Position numbers and translations under genes: made by a program | Notes under the pieces: model-generated | Told to the model about the DNA's origin: nothing | The model's database searches: none | Seen by the model: only the letters and a program-made list of their open reading frames with translations | Assembly (NCBI GenBank): GCA_032718475.1 | Contig: JAUCBJ010000657.1 | Span: 1-64,000, forward strand | Source: Nemertoderma westbladi | Taxonomy: Eukaryota; Animalia; Xenacoelomorpha | Length of the DNA: 64,000 nucleotides | Direction: 5' to 3' | Shown here: piece after piece, positions 22,548-35,940 of the stretch | How positions within the stretch are numbered: the first letter of the stretch is position 1 | Layout: every line of letters starts with the position of its first letter

Positions 22548-23207
22548 TTAGGAGTTTACAAATAGATTCCACGTACCTGTACACCGTAGTAAGGACAGCG
22601 GTAGAATTCCATTGTCTTTATATGTGAACATTGAGGGTAGTACCCTTATGTGTCACATAGGAGCGGGATTTGTAGGTATAAGAAATGGAATTCTACTTGG
22701 AACTCACAATATTGAGACATTTTCGAAATTTTAGACAATCCATTTGGATTTGAAAAATTTTTAAAATTTTCTCCAGTGAATAGATTCCAGGGTACAGTCG
22801 GGTGGAACTTAAAATTAGAGAAACAAGAGAGGAAGACTTGCGAGCCTTTCTTAAAATTTTAATTAAATTTTACACGGTCTTGTTTCAATAAGTTACGTCA
22901 AAATAGACTCCCCTATATTTATTACTAATTCTTGACTGCTTATTTTCTGATAATAGTTTGGGATCAAAAGGTGAGTATTTTAGACTCACGGCCAGTTTAG
23001 CCCAAATTCGTTTTTTATTTCGGCAAAAAATTTTAGATAAGAAGCAGCGTGTCATTAAAGAAACCTTAGATCTTAGGCTATGGGTAGGAGGTTAGAGCGT
23101 TGTCGAAGCCCAAAAGGCAGACGAAACTCTCACGTCTGCTCACAACTAACCACAAACTCTGTTGTATTCCCTCTAGTAGTAATGATTATGTAACTACACC
23201 TCTAATT

Positions 23208-24910
23208 ATGGAGAAAGGGATACAAAGAGAGCCGAGATGGGGATATGATATCCAAGAGGAGGCGGCAGCTTCATTCGAACGATTTGGAGCAAAAGACTAC
23301 ACTATATTTGGTATAAAGGAATTATCAGAAAGTACAGCGAAGCTCGCAAAGACAGCAATGCCTTTACTCGAGCAGGATTTAGTATATTTCGAGACGTGTA
23401 TCTTCGCTGTGCGGGATCTCTTATCGAAAGACCATCTATGTTTACATTGTTACCCTATGAAGGAGAACGTATCGTGGAGATTACGGATGAATCACGGCAG
23501 ACGCGTGCGCCTATCGCTCACCTTGGTGATGAATTCGAAGTAACTACTACGATCGCCGACGATCCTTTAGAGGAACTTCTTGAGATAGAAAGGAACCTCC
23601 CGAAGAAATCTCAGACGGAGATTCGACAACTTGAAGCAACAGATGCTATAGTTTGTATACAACCTTCAGAAACCTACCAACCCATAGACCCAGATGATTA
23701 CGATTATAGTATGGGAGGAAGCGCTCGACCGATTGGAGATCTTATATACGAACGAGTGTGGTACCCTGCCAATACGATGTGTAGTAAATGTGGCGTCGCT
23801 GGACATCATATGACAAAGTGCAGTGGAAAGCACATTACTACGACTCAGCTAATCTGTGGATGGTGTGGGGATCAAGGGTCTCATACCTTTTATACTTGCT
23901 GGAGATTTATGGCTCAATGTACTTACTGCAATATAAAGGGACATCGAGCATCTGAATGCCAACTAAGAGACATACCTTATGAACACGAATCTGTAAAACT
24001 CGTGAGGAAGTTATTTGATGAGTGGGAAGATTTAGCCGACGAACATGTATCGGCACAGAGAAGACGGTTTCCGATGAGAGCGCATCTCGGATTTTGGGCG
24101 GTAAATCCCCAGACGATGATGTCGGAAGGATACATCTCCGCTATGCCTCAATATGACGAACTTATCGAGGTTGTCGATATTTTGCCCCACGACAGCGGAT
24201 TCCGAGTGGTGCGCGAGTATCTGTTACAAATTCACCCGGATAACAAAAACACGTGGAATTTTCAGAAAGTCGTTAATCGGATTACGTATGGTGAATTCGA
24301 TCGTTTCCGAACTGAAAAGCGGAACAAGGGAGCTTGGTTAACCGTCGCATGGGCGTACCGAGCCGCGTTTTACCACAAACGTATACGAGCGAGCGTATTC
24401 GAGGAAGAAGAGGTCCTAGAGGCGACGAATATACCAGCCACTCCGGTTGCGCCGTCTGCACGTCACCCTCGGGAGGACGGGCAGGGTAGGATCATACGGG
24501 TCCAGAAGGTGGGCCAACAATTGAAGAAAATTATTAATGTAGAAGAACGCAAGGGAGTTGAGCCGACCATTCGAGTTACTCGGGATACGGTATCACTTCC
24601 AAGAGAACCAGTAGGAGGATCGGGACATACACCAGCTGATCAACAGGGGGCGCAAGCTACTCTTGGATCTGCGTCGTCCACTTCTCGCGCGTTCCCAGAC
24701 GTTCTACCAACTGTAGTGACGACTGATTGGTCACGAGGAATTGGTCGAGGTTTTGGGATGCCAAATAGACGAATTTGCGAGGAAATAGTCGCACCGTCTC
24801 TCAACGTCCCAAGTAAACCAGTGACTCGCCCCATTAGTCCCATATCGCGAGCAAAGTCACCTGTGCGCAGTTTTCGAGGACGCGGCAGGGCTCGATCCAC
24901 TAAGCGATAA
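23208..24910 (+). CDS. Accessory ORF3 with three CCHC zinc knuckles (probable frameshift near 23390)
   Basis: CSKCGVAGHHMTKC, CGWCGDQGSHTFYTC, CTYCNIKGHRASEC; basic RG-rich C-terminus. First plausible ATG (23208) is in the overlapping upstream frame. Confidence 0.75.
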
Positions 24911-24949
24911 AAGGGAGGGCAAGGGTGGACGTAATACTCGTGAGCATTT

Positions 24950-25600
24950 CTTATGATTTGTGATTTATTTTGAATTATATGTTTTATATTTAAAAGTAAA
25001 ACTTATATTTTATATTTGTGCTTATTCTGAACTTATGCAATTTAAAGTTTATATTTAGAAGGAACTTATATTTGAAAGATTTATGTTTCATATTTGAGAT
25101 GCAAAGGTTTATATTATTCTAAACTTATGCGGTTTATATTTATATTTAAGTAAAGACTTATTATATTTAGTAAGATTTATATTTGTAAGAATTTATATTT
25201 TATATTTGTGATTATTCCGAACTTATGCAATTTATATTGTTCCGAATATTATGCAATTTACATTTATAGGCAGTATTTACAGTGAAACAGAAATTGTATT
25301 TGTAATTGTTTGAATTTATGCAATATTTGGGATGCAATAGTAGATGGAAGACTCGCGAGCCTTTCTCATTGTTTTCATTTATTTGTATTTGTAATTGTTT
25401 GAATTTATGCAATATTGAGATGCAATAGATTTATATTGGTGAATTTAATTTAGATTTATATTGTACTTACTTAGTAAAGTCTTAAATACGTAAAGTTAGA
25501 ATTTGTAATTATTTTTGTATCGAATCATTACGTAGAAAGGAAGTATTGTTTGAAATTTAATTGTAAATATGTAAGTACGCCCTAAGTATTCTATAGTTTG
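24950..25600. repeat. AT-rich degenerate TTTATATT / TTATGCAAT repeats in the 3' UTR of inner element
   Basis: Low complexity with recurring short motifs. Confidence 0.6.
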
Positions 25601-25647
25601 ATTGATTATTGGTGAAAACCGTATATTTTATGCACGATAATATCCTG

Positions 25648-25661
25648 TTTTCATGGAGCGG
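25648..25661 (+). promoter_or_regulatory. Polypurine tract of inner element
   Basis: TTTTCATGGAGCGG abuts the 3' LTR start. Confidence 0.75.
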
Positions 25662-27576
25662 TATAGAATTATATTCCCTAAATGCCGTGGATTTTCAAAA
25701 TTTTATTTTATTCGGATTAACTTTGTAAAGATTGCTTTGAGTTCTCATTCGTATTGGTTCTATCATTTGTGCATCTATCGGTCAAGTGGTTCAGTAGCTC
25801 AGTCGGTAGAGCGTTGGAAATTATATGTGTAGTAGGTATCGAGTTCGAATCCTAGTAAGTGCGAATTATTTTTTGTGCAGAATTTCAACTCATTTAAATT
25901 AACCGCTACAAATTAATTGCATTTGTCTGTACCAATGAGGCTGTAGTTATTTGATTGTAACCAATGTCGTGCAAGTTATATATTAGCTGGACCAATAGCT
26001 ATCTTTAAAACCTTGTTAGAACCCATAGAACAATCGAGAATTTTCTCGATTGATTGCAGCACAAATTTGCTATATAAAGGTGCGATTTGTTCATTAGTTA
26101 TCAATCTTACAACCTACTTCACAGATTATCTTATCAATATTCTGTCGTGCTTAGTTTATTCTCAGATTACATTGTATTATAATTGTATCTTCTGTAATAA
26201 AGTCAGAATATTCTCTCAGCTTATCTATCTGTTTTACTATGGATTCACTACGGTGAACAAACTCAGGGACAGGATGGCCGGCTAGAGATCGGGCCGCAGC
26301 AATGAACGGGAACATCACGGGAATGTAGACGAGAGACAACCCGCAATACCATTTTAGAGTTATTCGCCCATCGCCTGAAAGGTTAGACAGCGTTCGATCC
26401 TTGCTACCTAAGTGTAAGACCAAAAGATCAAAAGGTAGACGTAGTGACACGCTGTAAGCCCAAAATTACATCATAGGGACTGTACTGTCTTGATTCAGGA
26501 AAAACCCACAGTAGACCTTCACATTCCTACGGGAGGGAGAGAGAGCAGATACTAGTACGCAGATAGGACGTAGGCACACCGGTACAAGGCATACACATTG
26601 GTTAGGGTGCAGCAAACTGTACGCTTAACTCTTGCTAAGTACAGGTGTGTGTGCGACTATTTGCAGTACGACAGTGTCCATTACATCAGAACTTGTAGGC
26701 TAAGGGGTTGCTGTGTTTTCACCTGAATTGGGATTGTACCGTTCAGGCGGTAGGGCAGTTTACGCTAGGCGCAAATAAATTGAGGCTATCAGGGATATAC
26801 TAACATCTACCGTGTCCCGCCAACGCCCTAATAGGAAGTTACCCGGACTACCTGGGTGACTAAAATTCTAGATAGGAGCCAGGATAGCTATTAGTACCCG
26901 TACGCCTACAGTAGTAAACTAACACATCTCTTCTTAGTATCAGGGACCTGGTACCTAAAATTGCCGAATTCTGGGCGTAGTATTAACCTTATGCCTGAAT
27001 TTGAGTCCTGGAAATACGCAAGAGGGGAAGGAACCTTATCATTCGTGAGTATTGGATCTACAAGTTACAAAATTAGAATATTCGTAAATGCATACCGTAC
27101 CCAGTAATTATATATGTGAAGGAGCAAAACTGTTTTGACCGTTCAGAATTAACACACGCGCGTTAGAAATTATTTACACCTCAAAATATATAAAATTAAC
27201 TTTTGTCCATACTGTGCTTTGCCCGCTAGTTAGACATCTCCAAATATCTGCCTGTGTACCTAGCTAGCGTCCCTTTTGCCCAACCATATAAATCACACCG
27301 CGGCAAAGTATACGAGCCCCTTAGTCCGTCAGTGAGTCAGCCTGATTTTAGGATTCGCTGCGCGGGATTTGTTTTATCGAAGTTTGTCTGCTCGTAGACT
27401 GTTTTCTGCCTCACCGGTTATAAGAGATCGATACTGCAATATATTCGCTTACTTAGAGTTTACTGTTTTGGTGAGAAGGTCGGATTTATGATTTGATTTG
27501 CAAACTTTACAGTAGGATATTGCAGGTATTGTTACCGTCTTTTCGCATAGTAGGAATAGGCGTATCTCTTCAAATA
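25662..27576 (+). repeat. 3' LTR of inner element (second tRNA-like cassette at 25788-25874)
   Basis: Direct repeat of 9866-11780. Confidence 0.97.
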
Positions 27577-27730
27577 CTTACTGACTAACTTCTGCCTACT
27601 AACTGCGTACCTACTATGTACTATTATTTTATTTTATTTTTAATTTTTTTGTGTGGGAAGGGCGTCTCGCTCTCAATCCCACCCCCCTCAGTCCAAATCT
27701 TGGACGACTAAACTCTACTCTAACTCCAAG

Positions 27731-30700
27731 TTAAGGTGCTCCTTCTAACAGACAGCATTTCCCAACAACTCTCCTGTAGGTTTTCCTGTCCTTCGCACCT
27801 ATCTTACCAACTATCCGCACTTCTACCGATCGGACTCTTCCGTCCTCATCGGAGTAAGTGCCTACAACTCTCGCCAACCGCCATTGGTTGTTGATGATAG
27901 TATCATCCGTAACGATTACGAGATCTCCCTCTCTTAACTTCCTATTCGGTTTCCTCCACTTGCTTCTTTTATGGAGCGTGGGTAGGTATTCTTCGACCCG
28001 CCTCCTCCAATACTCTGCGCTTATTGCTTTAGCGACTTTCCAACTCTGGCGGGAGTGTATGTCGTCTGGATCTACACCCCGCATGTCGATGGTCGCTGGC
28101 CTTTCCATTAGAAAATGGCTAGGCGTCAGCACGTCTAGTGACTCAGGGTCATCATTCTCCGGATATAGCGGTCTACTATTAATGATACCCTCACACTTTG
28201 CTAGTACTGTTCTCAAGACGTCCTCTGTGACCATGTGGGTGTTCATTAGCTTCGTCATTAGACGCTTTAAACTGCCCACCAGTCTCTCGACGCATCCTAG
28301 TGTATGTGGTGCATACGGCGTCCTTCTCTCCCACTTTACTTGTCGTCGTCTCATGGCCGCCCTGACTTCCTCCCCTTCTAAGATGTCCAAGGCCTCTGCC
28401 ATCTCATTCTCTGCGCCCACAAAGTTTGTGCCGTTGTTGCTGTATATCACTGCGATCGTCCCACCTTTGCGGTCTCTAAATCTTTCTAAGGCATTAATGA
28501 ATGCTGATGCAGTTGTATCTTGGGCGAGTTCTATCCCTACTGCCTGTGTGTTGACACATACGAAGATGATACCGTAGCGTTTCTCCGTGTGCCGCATCAC
28601 CTTGATCTTTATCGGCCCGAACATGTCCACACCGCAATGCGTAAATGGCGGGTCGTGCTGTCTTACTCTGCTCGCTGGTAGTGGCGCCATCTCTTGTATG
28701 GCTCGCTCCTTCTTCGCTCGTCGGCAGGTCTGGCACTGCCCCACTACCGCTTTTACCTTCCTCCTCAACTGTTTGACCCAAAAGGTCCTCCTTATCTCCG
28801 TGAGAGTTCTGTTGGTGCCCCCGTGCAATATCGACTTGTGGGAGTCCCAGATAATCTGGTGAACTATGGTACTATGGTATAGTCCTTGTTTTGGTTGCAC
28901 GTCCCTAATCTCCCTCACCATCTGGGAGTATATCTCTTCTCCCTCTGAATCTCCTTCTTCTCCCTCTGACACTACTTCTGAGCCCGGGTCCACCTTTCTC
29001 ATCGGCGGCCAGGCCTCCTTATCGCTCAGAAATTGTGGCCCATGTTGCCACAATACTTCCTTCTTCAAGAAAGTGTGGCGTACCACGCCCCTCGACAACA
29101 AGTCCGCTGGGTTCTCGTCTGTTGGGCAGTAGTGCCACCTTTCCAGTTCTGTGGTCGCCCTTATTTCGTCCACTCTATTTGCGACGAATATCGGGTATCT
29201 CGTCCTTTCGTTATGTAGCCAACCAAGCACTACCATGGAGTCCGTCCAGTAGTGTGTCTCCACTATGTTGGGAATAGTATCCACTAGGTAGGCTGTGGCT
29301 CTAACTCCTAGTCTCGCAGCTGTCAATTCTAACTTGGGAACTGATGCTGAATCTGGCGGCGTCGACTTTGCTTTGCTAAAGGCTAGTCTGGGCTTTTGAG
29401 CCCCCTCTCATTGTACTAAATAGAGTGCCGCTCCGTACGCCTCCAACGACGCATCGGAGAACATGTGTAGGTCCAGATTCGTCATGTTCCCATCCGGGAA
29501 ATACACTCGTGGCATGTTGTATGTTCCCATCTTCTCCAAGTCTCCTGTCCACTTACTCCACTGTTTCTTGATTTCCTCTGGTACCTCTACGTCCCACTCA
29601 TCCTTCAATTTGTATACTCTCTTGAGTATCTGTTTCCCCGTGACTGATAATGGGGATGCTAGGCCTAGGGGATCGTATATCCTTGCTATATACGATACAT
29701 AGCCCCTCTTCGTGTGGATGTCTGCGCCCTCCTGGCTCAGCTGATACTTCAGTTCGTCTGTCTCTCTGTTCCACATGATTCCCAATGCCTTCTGTTGAGA
29801 TTATGTTCTCTTGTTCGCCATGTCCTGCCCTTTGGCTGTTGTGGGATTATCCATGGTCGATTCTGGCCTCTTGTCCTCTATCGCCTTGATAAATTCTTCC
29901 GAACTGGATTGGAATTTGGTCAGGTTAAAGCCGGATCCTTTTAGGATGTCGCGAACCTCGCGCCCCGTGTCTAGTATCTCCTTAACCGTATTTCCAGACT
30001 CCATTCCGTCGTCTACGTAGAAGCAACGTCGAATCATATCGACGGCCCTACTGCTGTATCTATCTTCCTTCCCCTTCACTGTGTCTCTCACTGCCATAGT
30101 CGTCGTAAATGAAGACGACTTGGCCCCCCTGTTTTGTACTACCATCTTATATGCCGGTATTATCGACGGTTCTTCCTCGCCGTTATACCATAAGAAGTGT
30201 TGACTGTCGCTATCTTCCTCCGTTACACGGACTTGGTTGAACATGCCTTCTATGTCACACGTGAAGGCGTGTTTCCCATTTCTAAATCTAAGTAGGACCT
30301 CTATGCCCGAGTTGTATATGTTTGGACCTTCTAACAGATAGTCGTTTAAGCATTTTCCGTTGGTCTTTGCCGATGCGTCAACTACCATCCACAGTTTACC
30401 TTTCTTTGGGTCTAAAGCCACGTGGAGTGGCAGGTAATATGTCCTGTCCGTGTTCGGTTCGTCGACCGGTAACTCCACGGCCCATCCTTTCTCGACGTAC
30501 TTCTTAATCGTTCTGTGGATGTACTCATTCTTCTCGGGGCTCTGTTTTAGTGTTTGTTTCAGCTTGCGGAGTCTCGTGAGTACCATCCCTCTATTATCGG
30601 GCAGCGGTATCTTCGGTAGTTTCCATACCATTCCTATAGTATACCGCCCCTCATCGCATGTCATCGATTCCTCCACGCTTTGTAAAGCCTGCTTGTCTTC

Positions 30701-33700
30701 TACCGAGGTCCCGACCCCGGTCTCTTTCAGTCCCTCGAAATCTTGTCTGAGCAGTCTTTTAAGCTGCTCCTCTGCTCCCTCATCACCCATTTCCTGCATT
30801 GTTCCCGCGAACATGCATCCTGATGTCTCCGACATCCTAAATGGTATCTTGCTCTTGATTGGGCCACTCAGCGTCCACCCGAATGGTGTTAATATCGCCA
30901 CCGGGTCACACTGCTTGTCTTCGCCGAAGACCGTTTTCATTCTTTCGTGGGCCGTTGGGCAGTCCATTCCCACTATGATGGATACCTTCCTAACGTCCAC
31001 ATCTGGGATTGAGAAGTCAATGTCGTCCAGGAATTTATATTGCTCGACCTCGATGTTGGTTGGCCGCCTGGCATTGATATTAATTGACTCTATCACTTGG
31101 ATGGGGTCGATGGTTGCCCCATAGTCGCATCCCGGTGCCACCGCTGCAATTGCGCACCGTCCGGTTCTCATCTCCAGGATCTCATCTTTGCTAGAGATGG
31201 TTGTTACCGCCATTCTGCTTGGCCTCGTTCTCAATCCTATCTCTTCGGCCACCCATTCCTCGACTAATGTGAAGGCAGCTCCACTATCAACCAGCATTAG
31301 TGTTGTTACTGATCGATTGCCTTCCCCAATCACTCGCACGGGTACTACTCCAAGTAACACCGTTCCTCTCTTTTTCGCCCCTACTGTGCTCGTTGCCATC
31401 ATTTGGCCTCTCCTTTGACCGAACTCTACCGGCTTCTCCTTGCATTCCCTTGCTCTATGTCCACTCATCACACATCGCGAGCAGATTTTATTGCTCAACG
31501 CATAATCTATCTGATCTTGCCTAGGTAGCGCCTGCCAGTACCTGCAGTTCATGGTTTGATGAAGCGCATTTGCGTGTAGCTGGCATTTGCTCTTTGGGTC
31601 GTAGCCCTCCTTATACAGCGCGTTGCGTATCGCAGCTGCGTTTGTACCAAAGTCCCTACAATTCTTATTGTTTGCATTCGGCCTACTGGACGTACTGGGG
31701 TTATATTTATTCGTGTTGTTATTGTTCCCCTGTCCGTTCGATGGTGTGGTCTTGTCTTCGGCTAGCTGTGGACTCGTAGTCCCCTGCGTCGCTGCATATG
31801 GCAATGATTGCCTGAGCCTCGGTAATGCGTCTGATGTATTGTGCTCTGGTTTCGGTCTATGGTAATCCGTCTTCGGTCCCTTTCCCAGGCTATCTTCGCT
31901 ATAGACTGGGTCAGTTATTAGTTCAGCCTCGTAGTTTAAGAAGCTTGACATTTCTTCTAAACCCGGTTCCACACCCTTCTTGTCTCGAGTGGAGAAAGCG
32001 ATCTTCCTCCACTTGTTGCACAGCCAGTTCGGTAGTGCCTGCGCTATCGTGGTGATGTTATTGGACGCGTTGAGCTCGTATGGCGCGTCTAGCGTCTTCA
32101 GCTCGATTAGCGCCTTTTCGACTTTGTTAGCGAACGTCTTAATGCTAACGGGATTATCCTGTAGGCCACCCGATGTTATGCCTCTCAGTGTCTGTCTGAT
32201 GATCTTGGCCGGGTGCCCGTATTCCCTGTCCAGTGCCCGCCATGCTGTCGTGAAGCCGCCCTTTATTCCTTGATATTGCCTCACGATATCGTATGCTGGG
32301 CCTCCCGTGTATACTTGCAGATACTTTAGGCACTCCGCCTGCGTCAAGTTCTTTGTTAGTATTTCGTTACTATACATGCGCCGAAACTGTAGATATTCTT
32401 CCGGCCTACTCCCATCGAATTTGAATGGTTCCACGGGTGGTAACTCGATCCTCGTTTTTAATGCATCGATCAACGTGGCCATCCCCATCGCCTGCGCTTC
32501 CAATGGATTCGATGGATGCTGTATGGTTTCTCCTGTCTGGTGCGGTCCGTCCGTCCTATTTCTTGACTTTCTTTGACTTGGGTATGTCATCGGGGGTAGC
32601 GGCCCCCTCCATATTTCTGTGTCACACGACCTATTTTCATCCAAGGGTCTCGTTATTCTTGCTCCTATGTATGTTTGGTATTGGGGTTGATGTTAATATA
32701 TTGGGGCCCATACACCTATCCGCAATAATTCCCCCCTCACCTGGGTATATGTTATGTCCCTGCATGCTGTAGTCATACTGCTGTACTGGTACCGGTATAG
32801 GCCTATCAGCTTCTGGCCTACTCGCCGGTATGTATTCCGCGACTTCCGGGTTTAATCCCGTTGTCCGCGCTATCCTATCGCCTACATTGCCTCTCTCAGT
32901 ATGGCCTATGGTATGTGCAGTAAGGCCTACAGTATGTCCTGCAGTCTGCATGTGTCGCTCGGGATCGAAGTTTATTCTTCTCGAATAATCCTCCCCGCGG
33001 CTACCGTACTCTCGATCGGTAGGTATATTCCGTCGGAAAGTTTCTCTTCGACCCTCCCCTCTACTGTTCTCGTCTTCGTACCGGTACATCGCGTACCCCT
33101 CCATCGGCGCGTAGTGCGCCTCACCGGGTCGCATCTCTCCGGGGCGACGGCAATCTCCCGGAGTCCGACCCCACTGACTCTCCGTTCTCATCTCGACTAC
33201 CGACAGCTCGCTATCCGTCCTCGCTCTTCTATCGTTCGCGGCGATACTTCTATTACTGTCTTCTCTTCTTCTCCTTTCAGTGGAGTATTCCCGCTCGTGA
33301 GATCTCTCGTCGACCTCCCGGTTAAACCCCACTGTTCTTCTTCCCTCTTCTGATCGGGCTCGACGCTTCGTCCGCCCTCTTACGACGTCAACCTGTCTCT
33401 CTCTGCTCGGTCGCACGCCTCTGGGGATACTCGCAACCCCCCTATTACTCTCCGTCGCCGGGTGTTGCGGTTTACCTATTTTGGCCCGCGCATTATCCGC
33501 TGACGGCTGCGGAGCACTCTCTGCCTCCCCCCCCTTTCGCCGCTAACTCGCTGTTGTGGGGCTCTCGTAGCCCCCCCCCCCCCCCCCCCCACTCGCCACA
33601 TCTAATTTCGCTATCCCTCACCCCGCTACTATATCCCTCTCTAGTCGACACATCAACCCTACCGCGGTCGGGTCTATCCACCCCCGCCTCTCCCTCTGCT

Positions 33701-35843
33701 ATTGCGTGGCCTACCAGGCCCTCTACCCCCTGCCTACCAACTACGTGGCCTACCAGGCCCTCTACCCCCTGCCTACCAACTACGTGGCCTACCAGGCCCT
33801 CGCTGGGTCTACCCAACCCAGCCACTCCCTGCCTATCAACTATGTGGCCTACCAGGCCCTCACTGGGTCTACCCAACCCAGCCGCTCCCTGCCCACCAAT
33901 TATACGGCCTGCCAGGCCTCCGTCTGCCTGGCCATACACGCCCGACGTGTTTACGTTAATAGCACCCATATTGGAAACGGAATTAATTTGTTCGTTTGAA
34001 ACAAAATCATTTGAATTATTTTGTAAATTCGGGCTTGGATCATTATTTAAATTATTTGAATTATTTTGTAAATTCGGGCTTGGATCATTATTTAAATTAT
34101 TTGAATTATTTTGTAAATTCGGGCTTGGATCATTATTTAAATTATTTGAATTATTATTATTCTCTAAATCTAAATTACCACTCGGATTATTTTGCACGTT
34201 CAAATTGAAATTATTATCTGTATTTAAATTTAAATTATTGCTACTAGGTAAAGTATTATTTGCTGCAATAAAGGTTTGGTTAGAGTTATCCCATACGGTA
34301 CTATTAATATTAACAACGTCTACTGTAGCATTATCATTATTACCTCCCCCACCCGTACGGTCACACCAGTTTTGGGTCTGTCGTGCAGTCCCTGTAAGTG
34401 GGGTATTAATAAATTATCCACGGCCCCTGGCTCCCCTAAAATACTCGAGCCAGTCCCGCTCTCAGACGCCCCCGCCCGCACCAGTTGCAGCTCGTGCGTG
34501 CGTCTAATCCTATGTTCCGCAAGCTCACTTTGGCGTCTCTCTAATTCCTTTTGCTCTCGTTCAGCTTCTGCCATTCTCCTCTCACACTCCCGCGCGTCCT
34601 GGTCAGCCAACTCTGCTACTCTCCTAGCGCTCTCCCTTCGCCTCGCTTCACGCTCCTTGCGTTCACTTTCCCGTCTCGCCTCACGCTCCTTATGTTCCGC
34701 CTCACGCTCTTTGCGTTCCTTTTCCTCTCTCGCCTCATGTTCCTTACGTTCCTTTTCCTCTATTTCCTCACACTCCCTAAGGCTTCTCAAAGCCCTTTCG
34801 GCCCTCTCTACGGTTTCTCTAATCAATGCCGTTTCCCTCTCTAGCCGCATTCTCCCCTCTTCTAGCTGTTTATCCATTTCCCTCTGACCTTGCTCTATCA
34901 GGTCGAGACGGTACGCGGCACCTATCTCTCTCACCAGTCTTTCTTTCGCGGAGGATGTAGCAGACTTATCGGTTACGACGGACTCCCTCCGCCTTCCCGA
35001 TCTACTAACTTTCCCCCTCCTCCCGGAACTCCCTCCGACCGACGAGACCGAATCCGCGGGGTCAACCTTGGATTCACCCTCCTCAGGTCTGTTCCAACCC
35101 ACTAATTTTATACCCCGGGCATCGATTAAGTATGGCCCTATGTACACTACACTAGGTTGTATACCCCAGTGCCGCCATGAGTCATACAGTTCCTCGGCAA
35201 CCCTTATCGCTCTTTCCTCGGCCAATTCTCTCTGCCCGAAGCGCATTAGATAATATAAATGTCTGTCCGACTTACCTAGTCCTGACTTTAGTTTTACCTC
35301 GTCTATCGTTTTCCCCTTTCTGGCCTCCTCTAGTAGTCTCCGGGTCGCGTTGTAGGCCCGTCGAAGTCGATCGGAGACCCCGACATCCTCGTCGCCTACC
35401 TCTCCTCCGTCTCTCCGGGTTCAACGTCGTACCGGCGGCCCCACCGTCGCCGTTCCGGTGGGCCGTCCGTCGCCCTCGGCCTGTGCCTGGCCGGCGACAT
35501 CGGTATTGACATCTCCGACGTCTCTCCGGGTCCGGCGTCGTACCGTCGGCCCCACCGTCGCCATCTCGGTGGGCCGTTCGTCGCTCTCAGCCTGTGGCTG
35601 GCCCGCGACATCGGCACGTCGACCCTCGTTCCGTGTCGACTCGTCTTTTTCTCCCTCCGTCTCGCTCTCTCCTTCTCTTGGCTCGACCTCGGGTTCCAGG
35701 CGGCCCCCCTCATCCTGGACTGCCGGATGACCCGTTACCGATGGGTCCGGCGTTGTGGGCCTGTACCGCCTGGTTGCGGCCTCGCGGAACGTTGATTCTT
35801 CGTCCGGGGTCCGCGTCGGCGTTGTCTCTCCCGACTGGCTCAT
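27731..35843 (-). pseudogene. Frameshifted gag-pol of outer BEL/Pao element
   Basis: Collinear fragments 35421-35843, 34320-35246, 33493-34203, 32637-33416, 29801-32644 (gag, LVDSGA protease, YVDDG RT), 29408-29785 (FSDAS) and 27731-29326 (NPAD, HHCC, GVDMFGP; SNNGTNF has N at the second catalytic D). Confidence 0.93.
33700..34150. repeat. In-frame tandem repeats in outer gag: EGLVGHVVGRQG-type units and 51-bp NNSNNLNNDPSPNLQ x3
   Basis: Visible in DNA and translation. Confidence 0.9.
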
Positions 35844-35907
35844 CTCGCTTGGTGGTTGGTGGCTGGTGGTTTAGCTGGCTAGGGGAACAGTTCCGATTTA
35901 ATTACTG

Positions 35908-35940
35908 AGTTTAGCTAGGGCAGCAGTTGGCTTTAATTAC
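35908..35940 (-). promoter_or_regulatory. Non-tRNA, bipartite primer-binding site of outer element
   Basis: Minus strand GTAATTAAAG-N10-CCCTAGCTAAACT abuts the 5' LTR and is complementary to LTR positions 36122-36131 and 36143-36155. Confidence 0.75.

Larger units (their letters stand above)
9866..27576 (+). mobile_element. Inner, young BEL/Pao LTR retrotransposon (17.7 kb)
   Basis: 1915-bp LTRs 9866-11780 and 25662-27576 (about 4 substitutions seen); TSD CTTAC at 9861-9865 / 27577-27581; full gag-pol motif set. Confidence 0.97.

Noticed and set aside
23396-24910. Envelope gene
   Set aside because: No signal peptide, transmembrane anchor or glycoprotein features seen; it carries zinc knuckles instead.
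27858-35908. Many + strand ORFs opposite the outer gag-pol (and - strand ORFs opposite the inner gag-pol)
   Set aside because: Antisense shadows of coding or repetitive sequence, with no motifs.
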